DNA of 60,181 bases, counting the filler. It is 5 parts of 5 records of this genome, joined end to end, with 100 filler letters (N's around TTAATTAATTAA, not from the genome) between each part and the next. Parts side by side here need not be neighbours in the genome. Positions count along the whole stretch, not along the records: positions 1 to 15,346 come from SRR31147125_24719; positions 15,447 to 31,213 come from SRR31147125_24740; 3 more parts are not named here. One strand, written 5' to 3'. Under the pieces are notes generated by a model. That model made no database searches, had not been told where the DNA came from, and saw only the letters and a list, made by a program, of their open reading frames with translations. The translations under genes were made by a program, and so were the position numbers. Position 1 is the stretch's first letter, and every line of letters begins with the position of its first letter. Shown one piece after another: positions 10,448-21,110 of the stretch.

Positions 10448-11415
10448 ATTATCCTCCTGGATGCCGAATCCATCAAATTGAACAAGTTCTCATACCATCT
10501 ACTAATATATGGTCTTATTGATTCTGCCTGTAACGCAAGTGCATTGTGACTCCTCTCACTCGGAGCAATATCGCATTTAATACCAAATGTACGTATTAGG
10601 TTTAATCCTTTTAATAAAGCACTTGTACAGTCTATTTGAACTCCTGCCATGTTTTGCAACCAGTCTTCACGCTGAAAAGATTTTATAACTTCTGTAAGTA
10701 AAGTGGCAAATTGCAAAGGTAGCTTGTCCCGTGTTTTAGCAATATCAATTAGCTCATTCATAAACCTATACAACGATATGTTAGATTCTGTTAAACGTTC
10801 AGTCATATCCTTGCATCTATTACAATATTGTTTTAACATGTTTTGATTTTGGTTGTTTTTCTCACTGCGAGAAAATACTATCATATTTAGATCATCTTCC
10901 TTATCATTATAGCCTTTCTTATATGCTTCAACAAAATCTGCAAAATGCATTTTATAATGCTTATATATCGCAGAAACAGTCGTTTGATGTTCAATAACAT
11001 CAAATTCCTTTTTTATTTGATCAAATCCAAAAATCAAAATATAATGTGTTGTGAAACTTTTCTGAGTTTTCTTCATGGTATCAGGATCAGATGCAACTGC
11101 TTCAATTACCTTACACATAACCAAAGATCCCATTAATAAATAGTCTATTATTACTCTAATAATGTTTGAATCGTAAATGTTGGTAATTTGTGTTATAATT
11201 CCGGCTTCTATTTCCAATTCCTGTCGTGTTTTATGTTCAAACTGTGTGACACAAAAACCATCATGCCAATATCTAAAATAGCAACCTAAGTTTAAAATAT
11301 AAGCGAATTCGCTACCACCAAGAGCAGAAAAGGCTGGAATATAACCATATTCAAAGCAACTTCCTAATGCAAACTGGTTAAATGGTTGTACTTGGTGAAC
11401 TATACTATCCGCCAT
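10444..11415 (-). CDS. BtrH N-terminal-like / papain (C39)-like fold protein, putative acyltransferase or peptidase
   Basis: N-terminal QPFN...SCF Cys motif and THYILIFGFD His motif. Confidence 0.55.
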   Translation of the reverse strand: MADSIVHQVQPFNQFALGSCFEYGYIPAFSALGGSEFAYILNLGCYFRYWHDGFCVTQFEHKTRQELEIEAGIITQITNIYDSNIIRVIIDYLLMGSLVMCKVIEAVASDPDTMKKTQKSFTTHYILIFGFDQIKKEFDVIEHQTTVSAIYKHYKMHFADFVEAYKKGYNDKEDDLNMIVFSRSEKNNQNQNMLKQYCNRCKDMTERLTESNISLYRFMNELIDIAKTRDKLPLQFATLLTEVIKSFQREDWLQNMAGVQIDCTSALLKGLNLIRTFGIKCDIAPSERSHNALALQAESIRPYISRWYENLFNLMDSASRRII

Positions 11416-11436
11416 AATACTTCTCCTTTGAATGCG

Positions 11437-11658
11437 TTATTCAAGCTCCATTAATTTTTTTGCAAGTTGCTTAATCTTAGCTTTTGGAACTCCGATAATT
11501 GCACCAAAATCGTCTTCAATTATCTCTCTTAATGTATAGTTCAGCGCTTCTGAAAATCTTGGATGGCGAGTTATTGTTGGTAATGCTTGTGAAATCATTT
11601 TAACCGCCTGTTCATTGTTCATTACCTCAGAAAGTGACGAATTCATTGTAATCTTCAT
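11437..11658 (-). CDS. Small hypothetical protein (73 aa)
   Basis: AAAGGAG RBS and co-oriented within the operon. Confidence 0.7.
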   Translation of the reverse strand: MKITMNSSLSEVMNNEQAVKMISQALPTITRHPRFSEALNYTLREIIEDDFGAIIGVPKAKIKQLAKKLMELE

Positions 11659-11753
11659 TTAAATATCTCCTTTATAATAATATTATTTCATCAGTCTTTA
11701 TAATTGTAATTATATTGATGATGAAACATTAGTTGCTTTTGGAAAGAAGTACT

Positions 11754-13566
11754 TCATGCACTTGCATCTTGATTGTCTAAATCACATTCACTGGCTTCTG
11801 ATGTGCAATAAAAATTAACTATGCTTTCGAAAATTACAGAATCATCACGCTTATCACCAGATACAACTACTGGAATACCAAGTTCTTTCATTAACCTCGA
11901 CTTGATAATTTCAATTTCGCTATCTGTTAATAACCTTTTCGAAACGTCTATAACGTAATCTTTCTCTGTATGAAATGCATAGAGTGCTAGTAAAAATACT
12001 TTTGCACCACACAAGCTCTCAATTGCAGTTATTGCTTTTTTTATGTATTCCAGTTCATCTGATTCATTAATGGATAAAACAACTCCATCTGGTAGAATAC
12101 CGTATAAAAAGGCAAACTGATTAATGTTTATATGACCTAAGTTATAGGTTGCATGAGGTAAAAACCCGGATTGACCACCAACTAAAATTAAATCTTTTTC
12201 TTTCACATCAATCTTATGTATTTGGTAATTAAATGCCTCAATTATTTCAGTTCCTGTCTTTTGACTTAAAACACTATCATATCCTAATGGAAGCATCGCA
12301 TCACAGCCAAGCAAGCTCGCATTAGGTTCTGTACCAAGAACACCCAGGTCAACACCATTTTCTATCAATACACGTTTAATCTGCATTTGCAACGTAAATT
12401 TTCCTTGCTTCTTATTTGTACCAAGAACACATAAAATGGGTGTTTTAATTTGATATAACCGCCCCTGCTTTTCCTTTATTGAATAATTATCAGCATACTC
12501 CAGCGTTAATCCACACTCGTTAAATCTTTGAGCATATTCATCTACCAAAACACTATCAAAGCAATAAACGTTTTTTTTGTATTTAAGGCATTCCAACATA
12601 AGCTCTTTTTTAATGTCCTTGCCAACTAACATACTTAATTCACGAAGATGTCCGATAATCAAAGTATCAAATGAATTCCAATCACATTTATCTATATTTT
12701 TTACTGTAAAATGTTTTTTACCACTAAAGCTCTGAAGAGCACGCCCTACGTTTGTTGAATATTTAACATCATAAATATCAATTAAATCAACCCTTAACAT
12801 ATCAGCATAATTGATCAGCGAATAAACCTCTTTATTTAGGGGGAATACCGCTGCTTTTGTTTCTAAAACCATGTTTCTTTTTATATCTGTTGTCACTTTA
12901 TATTCATTATTAAAAATCTTCATGGCCTCAACTTTTGTATGAAACTCTCGGTTTTGTTCTAATAAGGCAAGCGATACATACGAAGCAGCAAAGCTATTCC
13001 CTTGTTCTGCCGTAAATCCCTTTTGATTATTTGATGCTACAACCTGCATACCGCTTTTTGCATATAAATCTAAAGTGCCTCCGTAGTTCACAGAAAATTC
13101 GTGCTTAGTTTTTATAAACGGATTACCAGAAACTCCAATTACAAATGAGAAAGCTGCCGGGTATGAAATAGCACCACAATTGTCAAAAGCAGCAACAATA
13201 ATCATTCCTTTTTTCATATAGCTTTTGACATACATTAAGTAAATCTCTGCTGAATCCCCGTACACCAAAGCTCATTTGTATAATTTTGCAGCTTATATTT
13301 TCATAGACATAATATAATGCAGACAAAATACCATCAATATTACTCATGGTAACGCTTGTAAATGCTTTAAAAACAGCATAATTGCCAGAGTGACCTTTTT
13401 GCACAATTGATAATACTGCTGCCCCGTGACCAATCTCATCTTTATCATTATACGTTAATACCCACTCATTACCATTGAACGTATAAACATCAACGCTTGA
13501 ACTTAAATGTTGTAAATCATATCCCGAATCTAAGAGAATCAAATCATAATTCTTTTTACAACTCAT
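11754..13566 (-). CDS. S8 subtilase fused to a DUF1611/TIGR04066-like P-loop domain (frameshift at T-run 13209-13214)
   Basis: Catalytic triad LLDSG, GHGAAV and GNSFAAS, with AAFDN and SYPA. C-terminal CVLGTNKKQGKFTLQ. Removing one A restores KLYEKGMIIVAAFDN. Confidence 0.8.
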
Positions 13567-13605
13567 AATAAACCACCTTTTTTCGCAGCTAAAAAGTTAA
13601 ATTTG

Positions 13606-13848
13606 TTACGCTTTTAACGGTAATATAACTTTATCCAAAAAGTCCAGCAACGTATATTCGTTTATATTCACAGAATACGCATCATCAGGTATCCAAACAT
13701 CAAACTCTTTTTCTACTTCTATAAAAAAAGAAACTAGTGAGAGCGAATCAAGTATCACGTCTTTAATCTGAAGCATTTCATTGAACGACTCTAAATAAAC
13801 ACCAATATTATCCAACACTATTTCAATCTTCACTACATCTTCTCGCAT
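13606..13848 (-). CDS. Acyl-carrier-protein-like (phosphopantetheine-binding) protein
   Basis: 80 aa and acidic, with an LDSL serine motif followed by FFIEVEKEFDVWIPDD. Confidence 0.85.
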   Translation of the reverse strand: MREDVVKIEIVLDNIGVYLESFNEMLQIKDVILDSLSLVSFFIEVEKEFDVWIPDDAYSVNINEYTLLDFLDKVILPLKA

Positions 13849-13858
13849 ATTCTATACC

Positions 13859-15171
13859 TCACATAGTTTTAAAAAGTTCTGGCTTATGTTTATATAGCGA
13901 TATAAACTCATTCTCACATTGATCACAATTAGGGAATCCTTCAGATGCCACATGATGTATTGGACATAGCACTCCAAAGCAGTTTGCATATAAAGCACAT
14001 TCCTCACATTTCGTTTCTTTCTTTACTGGCGGCGCAGCCGGATATCTCCATTTTGAGTAATTTTTGATATCTTCAACGAAATCTCCGTTTCCATCAATTT
14101 CTCCAATCTTGTTATAATCAGAATTCAAATTTACCGTACAGCGCATAACATTTCCATTTGGATCAATCGTATAGGTTCCACATTTTGCAGCATAGCATAT
14201 TTGATTTTCAAAGTAAGGATGATGCCCGTTTAACTTCAGCGTCGTATCTAAGGCATCTAATTTTTCAAGTATTGGATTTTTTGAGTGCTTAGTATCATGA
14301 ATTAAAGTATCCGAAATTTTTTCTATTGTCGTGCCCCCCCAATCTCCAACTGCCTTAAAAAGAAACTCGAACCTGTTATCTCCTCCAAAGTTCTCCTCAA
14401 GTTCTCTAACTTGATTATCTAGATCGGCTAAGGTGTCACTCGTTAAATTAGTTCGTACTAATATCTTAAATAGTTTTGACTTGCAATTATTCTTTATATC
14501 TAGTAAATTTTTTAGAATAGCATCATAAGTAGGTCCTCCCCCGACAAGAGGTCTTGTTTTATTATGAAACATTGCGCGTCCATCAAGCGTAATTTGATAA
14601 TGTGTTACTCGGTATTCTCTAAATAATTTTTTAAAAGTTTCATAATTCAACAAATATCCATTTGTTGTTATATTTGAGGAGTAGTTTTTGCGATAAGCCC
14701 GAGCTAAAGACATAAGCCTATTACTCAGCTTTTCAATAACTTTCAAGCATAGTAATGGCTCTCCGCCAAACCAACTAACATGGAGCGCTTTTTCTCTTTG
14801 TAGTTTTTCTTCGCAAAATTTACTATCCTATCAATTACTTCATCGGTCATTATGCCAGGCACCTTTTCTTCATAACAATAAGGGCAACGGAAATTACACA
14901 TCATTGTTGGCAAAATAATTAAATCAAGAATACCATCGTCTATAATAGACATATATTTCAAGAAAGCTCCTTTGTCCTCATCAAAATCGGAATCATTAAC
15001 AATGCCTTGTTCTTTCATGAAGCATAAGGTGTCTTCCTTAAGAGTATTAGGATCAGTAGTTTCGTATAGGTGCTTACTTAAACGCGTAAATGAACCTACT
15101 AAAGTATTAAAAATCAAAACTTCTTTGTCAACGTATGCTTTGTAATTGTATTTAGACCATTTAAATTGCAA
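13859..15171 (-). CDS. Radical SAM/SPASM peptide maturase with an N-terminal RRE-like extension (frameshift near 14775-14810)
   Basis: CNFRCPYC. The second frame supplies SWFGGEPLL, TTNGYLL and QITLDG, then SPASM cysteines CYAA...GNVMRC and CEECALYANCFGVLCP. Confidence 0.92.
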
Positions 15172-15270
15172 ATCATTACTCCTTTATTGCTTGCGCTATT
15201 CTAGATATTTTTAGTTTACTTATCTTTATTTGTATTTATTATTAATTATTCTTATTATTGTTGTGTTTAT

Positions 15271-15299
15271 ACTATATCAGGTTATTTTGTTTTTATCAA
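15271..15299 (-). promoter_or_regulatory. Putative sigma70/SigA promoter of the RiPP operon
   Basis: TTGATA-17 nt-TATAGT with an extended -10 TG, about 100 nt upstream of the rSAM start. Confidence 0.5.
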
Positions 15300-15346
15300 C
15301 TATTTTTTGTTATTTTTTATCTACGTTGTCAATTGATCTGTTACAC

Positions 15347-15446
15347 NNNNNNNNNNNNNNNNNNNNNNNNNNNNNNNNNNNNNNNNNNNNTTAATTAATT
15401 AANNNNNNNNNNNNNNNNNNNNNNNNNNNNNNNNNNNNNNNNNNNN
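15347..15446. other. Artificial contig linker
   Basis: N44-TTAATTAATTAA-N44, which has stops in all six frames. Confidence 0.98.
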
Positions 15447-15968
15447 AGTGGGAATCATGTTGAACCTTACTCAACATATCAGGATGAGCTACGATACTTT
15501 ATTAATGAAACTCAAAAAAGGGGAGGAAAGCCTGTCTTGGTAACTTCAACGAATCGACGAAGATTTAATGATGGAGGCAAAATTGTAAATACTCTAGAAG
15601 AATATCCTGATGCTATGCGCCAATTGGCTGCAAAGGAAGGAATTCCACTGATTGATTTAAATGCAATGAGCAAAGATTTATATGAAGCTTTAGGGGTTGA
15701 GAATTCAAAGAAAGCTTTTGTGCATTATCCTGCAAATACATATCCAAACCAGGATAAGCCATTAGCCGACAATACACATTTTAACCCTTATGGGGCTTAT
15801 GAGTTGGCAAAATGTGTTGTTCAGGAGATATTGGAAAAACAAGTTGATTTCAGCAGCTATGTTGTTGACGATTTTGGAATGTACAATCCTTCAAATCCCG
15901 ATTCCTATGAAAACTTTTTCTGGCCTGAAAGCCCATCAATTGAGTTGGTGAAACCTGATGGAAATTAG
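15447..15968 (+). CDS. GDSL/SGNH rhamnogalacturonan acetylesterase (CE12-like), 5'-truncated
   Basis: Frame open from the contig edge; PVLVTS, PLIDLN and DNTHFNPYGAYELA (DxxH). Confidence 0.85.
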   Translation, partial: SGNHVEPYSTYQDELRYFINETQKRGGKPVLVTSTNRRRFNDGGKIVNTLEEYPDAMRQLAAKEGIPLIDLNAMSKDLYEALGVENSKKAFVHYPANTYPNQDKPLADNTHFNPYGAYELAKCVVQEILEKQVDFSSYVVDDFGMYNPSNPDSYENFFWPESPSIELVKPDGN

Positions 15969-15990
15969 AATAATTTAAAACAACTATTTG

Positions 15991-18832
15991 ATGATAAAAA
16001 TAATTACACTCTTACTTTTTAACTTTTTGTAATATTCCAAAGAATGAAGATTCTTTCATTATTTCTTCGAAAACAAAAATGGCTGATTTGGTAGTGTCAG
16101 AAGATGAAGATATGGTTGTTCAAACTGCAGCTAGTTTATTTTCTGAGGATGTTGTTGCCATTAGCAATCGCACGATTAACATCGTTTCAAAAAGTAAATC
16201 TGAATTTCAAATCGTAGTTGGGACAGTGGGGGTTTCCAAAAACTTTGACCAAAAATGTGATCATTACGGGATTGATCTTGATCGGCTAAAGAAAAGTTGG
16301 GAAAGGTATATCCTGAAGTCTGTAAAAAGTCAGGATGGAGATGGGAATGTGCTTTTGGTTGTAGGGAGCAATCCCCGGGGAACAGCTTTTGGTTTAATGA
16401 AACTTAGTGAAATGATTGGTGTTTCACCGTGGGTGTGGTGGGCTGATGTGCTGCCCGAAAAGCAGGAAACAATTAGTCTACCTATTGATTTAGAGATCGA
16501 AGATTCACCTAAAGTAAAGTTTCGTGGTATTTTCTTGAATGATGAAGACTGGGGACTACAACCATGGGCTGCAAAAACCTATGAACCCGAAACGGGTGAT
16601 ATTGGACCAAAAACCTACGGAAAAATATTCGAGTTGCTTCTTCGTTTAAAGGCAAATATGATATGGCCAGCCATGCACGATTGCACAAGAGCCTTTTTTA
16701 CCTATCCAGATAACATTAAAATGGCAGACAAATATGGGATATGGGTAGGATCATCGCATTGCGAACCGATGCTTCGGAACAATGTTGATGAATGGAAAAA
16801 ATGGGATCCAACTATCGGTAAACGTGGAAAATGGAATTTTGATGAAAATCCGGATCAAATTACAGAATATTGGAAGCAACGTGTAGAAACAACTGCATCG
16901 TATGACGGTATATATACGGTTGGTATGCGTGGAATACATGATGGAGGCATGCCGGGAGGGAATAATATTGACGATAAAGTTAAAATCCTTAGTAGGGTAT
17001 TGAAAACCCAGCGGAGTTTACTTGCCAATATTGTTGAAAAAGAGATAACTACGATCCCTCAGATTTTTTGTCCATATAAAGAAGTTCTTAAGTTGTATAA
17101 AGCTGGTGCTGAAATTCCAGAGGATATAACTATGATGTGGGCAGATGATAATAACGGTTATATTCGCCAGCTTTCAAATGAAGATGAAAGAATGCGAAAG
17201 GGTGGAGCAGGAGTTTATTATCATATTTCATATTGGGGCAGACCGCATGATTATTTATGGTTGGAGTCTATTCCGGTTTCCCTTATTTGGGAAGAAATGT
17301 ACAAAGCCTATCAAACTGATGCAAAAAATGTATGGATAGTAAATGTCGGTGATATTAAGTCGAACGAAATTGGAATGAATTTTTTCCTTGAAATGGCATG
17401 GGATCCAGAACAATTTTCATCTGAAACATTAGGATCTTACTATACCCGGTTCTCAAAAGTACAGTTTGGGAACAAATATGCTGAAGAAATAGGAGGAATA
17501 CTTCGTAAATATTTTCAACTTGCTTTTTCACGAAAGCCCGAACATTTAGGATGGAATGGGGTATATCCAAATACTGCAATCCATGATCCTGAACTTTCAT
17601 TATTTTGTAACGGTGATGAAGTGCAACAACGAATAGATGCTTATGATCAATTGGAAAAACAGGTGAGCGAGTTGTCTGAAAGTTTGCCGGAGAATCTGAG
17701 GGATGCTTTTTATCAACTTGTGGCTTATAAAGTTATTGGAGCATCAAATATGAATAAAAAGATTATGTACGCTTACAAAAGCCGGGTTTATGCTAATCAA
17801 GGACGGACGAGCTCTAATCTATATGCCCAAAAGTCAAAAACAGCTTTTGAGAAAATCAAGCGGATTACAACTTTTTATAATGATTCATTAGCCAGCGGAA
17901 AGTGGAAATATATGATGACCTATAATCCACGTGAATTGCCGGTATTTGCTGAATCACCAACCGGAAGTTATACCCCAACCCAGAAGGTTTCAGGAGGAAT
18001 TATTCCAGAAGGATTTTCATCCCCGCCTGATTCAAATGGTGCATGTTTACCAGTTTTTAATTCATTTGCAGATTGTAGCTATTTCATTGATGTTTTTAAT
18101 AAAGGAAATGAACCGTTGAAATGGGAAGCTGAGAGTTCTGACGAATGGATAAAACTTTCAAAAAAAGGAGGTAAAACTGACATGCAGGAAAGGGTATGGA
18201 TTTCTATAAATTGGAATGAGCTATCTCAAATGGATACGGTTCAGTCTAAAATCATTTTCAAGCTTAAAGGAAATGAATTCCCTGTATATGTTAAGGCTGT
18301 TAAGTCTTCATATTCTGCTACTAGTGAAACAGTGAGTTTTGAGAACAACGGCCTAATCTCAATTCAAGCTGAAGACTATACCAAACTAGATAATAAAATT
18401 GAAAAAGAATGGAAAATAATTCAGGGGCTGGGTCTGCATGACGATGCTATTGGTGCATTTCCTGCAACTGCAAAAGACTGGAATCAAGATGTTTCCGAAG
18501 ATTACCCTGTCTTAATTTATGATTTTATATCGACTTCAACTGGAGAGGCAAGTTTAAGTTTTTACTGTCTGCCTAATCATCCGATAAATGATGATTATGA
18601 ACTCCGTTTTGAAGTTGTTCTTGACGATGGGGAACCAATTATTATTAATGCTGCTTTAGAAGATGAAATGGATGAACACAATACAGAGTGGCAACAGAAT
18701 GTTCTCCAATCTTTTGTTACTAGACAAATGAAAACAGTTGTTAAAGAAAAAGGGAAACACCATCTCAAAATAAAGATGATAGACCCAGGAGTTGTTCTGG
18801 ATAAAATTGAAATTAAATTTCTTGAAAATTAA
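15991..18832 (+). CDS. Glycoside hydrolase family 115 (alpha-glucuronidase-like); signal peptide start 15991 is frameshifted relative to ORF 16079
   Basis: GVSPWVWWAD, RGIFLNDEDWG, LLLRLKANMIWPAMH, SHCEPM and GMRGIHD. Confidence 0.9.
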
Positions 18833-18907
18833 AGGTTTATGTTTGGAAAGACAGAAACAATTAATAAAATTTGAAAACACAAACCATTTTTCTCAAATTC
18901 TACTTCT

Positions 18908-20983
18908 ATGAAAAAAATACTTTTTACGGTTTCATTATTACTCATTATTGGAATTAGTTTTGGACAAACGTCTGAACAATTTTTTCCGGCTAAAGATCTT
19001 ACAACAGTTGGCGCTTATTATTACCCAGAGCATTGGGATGAATCTCAGTGGGATCGGGATCTTAAAAAAATTGCTGAAATGGGATTTGAGTTTACTCATT
19101 TTGCTGAATTTGCCTGGGCACAGCTAGAACCAGAAAAAGGGATGTATGATTTTAAATGGCTGGATAAAGCCGTTGAATTGGCAGACAAGCATGGATTGAA
19201 GGTGATTATGTGTACATCAACAGCAACTCCTCCTGTATGGTTGGTTCGCGAACGTCCGGATGTTTTGGTTATGCGCGAAGATGGAACTCAGTATGATCAC
19301 GGGTCAAGGCAACATGCTTCTTTCTCGAATGAGTTTTATCGCGAATATTCGCAAAAAATGATTGCTGAATTGGCAAAGCATTATGGTAATGATAAACGGA
19401 TTATTGGCTGGCAGCTTGACAATGAACCTCACTCAAATGTAGATTACGGCAAGGATGCCTTACTGCGGTTTCAAACTTGGTTGAAAGATAAATACCAAAC
19501 TATTGATGCTTTAAACAAAGCTTGGGGAACAAATTTTTGGAGTGTTGTCTACAGTGATTTTTCAGAGATAAACATCCCTCAGCACAAGCAATGGGGAATG
19601 AACCTATATCAACGTTTGGATCATAGTCGTTTTTGTGATCACGAAACTGCCTCATTTTTGGATGAACAGGCTATAACCATTCGGAAATATGCCAGCGAGA
19701 AGCAATGGGTTACAACCAACTATATTCCAATGTATGATGCAAGGTTTATCGGAGCAAGCAACGAACTTGACTTCATAACTTATACCCGATATATGGTTTA
19801 CGGGGAACACAAAGGAATTGGACGAAAAGGCTATCGGGTTGGAGAGTATTCAAGAATAGCAATGGCCAATGACTATTTCCGCCCGCTAAGTCCTTTGTAT
19901 GGTGTAATGGAGTTACAGCCCGGTCAAGTTAACTGGGGGACAGTCAATTCACAACCGCTGCCAGGTGCTATTCGTCTTTGGTTATGGCATGTGTTTGCCG
20001 GAGGTAGTAAATTTACCTGTACTTATCGTTTCCGTGCTCCAATCTATGGATATGAGCAGTATCATTATGGTATCGTTGGTCCTGACGGGGTTACACCAAC
20101 TCCCGGTGGATTGGAATACCAGAAGTTTATTGATGAGATTAATGTATTGAGGAAAGAATCATCATTAGGCTTAGTTCCTCAAGAATACCAAAAAAGGAAA
20201 ACAGCCATTTTATATGATCCCGATAATACCATTGCCATTAACCAAAATAAGCAGAATCAAATTTGGGATACTGATCAGCATGTACTTAAATACTATAAAG
20301 CTTTGAAAGCTTTTGGTGCACCAGTTGACTTTATTCGTGATTCAGTTGACTTTAGTACTTATCCTGTTCTTGTATTGCCAGCTTATCAGCAGATGAGCAT
20401 GAAACTGGTTGAGAAACTAACGAAGTATGTAAATGAAGGTGGGCATTTGGTCATGTCATGTCGCACAGGGCATCAGAATGAGTTGGGGCACCTTTGGGAA
20501 GCAAAACATGCTGAGCCTCTGTATAGTTTGATTGGTGGCGAAATTGAGTTCTACGACCTCTTAAGGGAATATGCTTCAGATACAATTGTCATGGATGGTG
20601 AAAAGCATGCGTGGACAAGCTGGGGTGATGTTTTGAAACCTGAAAAAGGAACAGAAAGCTGGGCAACTTATTCGGGTGATTTTTATGCTGGGAAACCATC
20701 AGTTACATTTAATCAAGTTGAAAAGGGTACAGTGACTTATGTTGGTGCAGACAGCAATTCTGGTGAGCTTGAATATTCAGTTTTAAAAAAGTTGTATAAA
20801 CGTTTGGGAATTGATATTGAAGATTATCCTAAAGGTATAACTGTTGAGTATCGTGATGGCTTTGGTATTGCGATGAATTATTCTGATAAAGCTTATGAGA
20901 TAGAACTTCCTGCTAATTCTGAAATATTAGTAGGAAATAAAAATATTCCTACTGCAGGGGTATTAGTTTGGAAAATAAAATAA
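18908..20983 (+). CDS. GH42 beta-galactosidase
   Basis: YYPEHW, AEFAWAQLEP, TATPPVW, WQLDNEP and MELQPGQVNW. Confidence 0.93.
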   Translation: MKKILFTVSLLLIIGISFGQTSEQFFPAKDLTTVGAYYYPEHWDESQWDRDLKKIAEMGFEFTHFAEFAWAQLEPEKGMYDFKWLDKAVELADKHGLKVIMCTSTATPPVWLVRERPDVLVMREDGTQYDHGSRQHASFSNEFYREYSQKMIAELAKHYGNDKRIIGWQLDNEPHSNVDYGKDALLRFQTWLKDKYQTIDALNKAWGTNFWSVVYSDFSEINIPQHKQWGMNLYQRLDHSRFCDHETASFLDEQAITIRKYASEKQWVTTNYIPMYDARFIGASNELDFITYTRYMVYGEHKGIGRKGYRVGEYSRIAMANDYFRPLSPLYGVMELQPGQVNWGTVNSQPLPGAIRLWLWHVFAGGSKFTCTYRFRAPIYGYEQYHYGIVGPDGVTPTPGGLEYQKFIDEINVLRKESSLGLVPQEYQKRKTAILYDPDNTIAINQNKQNQIWDTDQHVLKYYKALKAFGAPVDFIRDSVDFSTYPVLVLPAYQQMSMKLVEKLTKYVNEGGHLVMSCRTGHQNELGHLWEAKHAEPLYSLIGGEIEFYDLLREYASDTIVMDGEKHAWTSWGDVLKPEKGTESWATYSGDFYAGKPSVTFNQVEKGTVTYVGADSNSGELEYSVLKKLYKRLGIDIEDYPKGITVEYRDGFGIAMNYSDKAYEIELPANSEILVGNKNIPTAGVLVWKIK

Positions 20984-20997
20984 GAAACCATGTAATA

Positions 20998-21043
20998 AGG
21001 TAGCGCGAATGAAGATTATTATTACCCTTCATTTGCGCTACCT
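20998..21043. terminator. Hairpin terminator between convergent genes
   Basis: AGGTAGCGCGAATGAAG...CTTCATTTGCGCTACCT inverted repeat. Confidence 0.75.
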
Positions 21044-21110
21044 ACAACTATTATTCAAGAAAATGGGTTTTTGTGACAATCAAAAATGTCAACCCTATAG
21101 TAGATAATAT

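Noticed and set aside
13183-13566. 127-aa ORF ending YCCCF as a Cys-rich peptide
   Set aside because: It is the S8 protease N-terminus, and the Cys tail is out-of-frame sequence after the homopolymer slip.
13859-15171. rSAM/SPASM as an anaerobic sulfatase-maturating enzyme for the sulfatases at 21111-24406
   Set aside because: The sulfatases are on a different contig with Bacteroidota-type genes. The rSAM has an N-terminal extension and sits with peptide precursors.
15347-15446. TTAATTAATTAA repeated four times in N runs, as a biological repeat or CRISPR-like element
   Set aside because: It is an identical artificial six-frame-stop linker between contigs.
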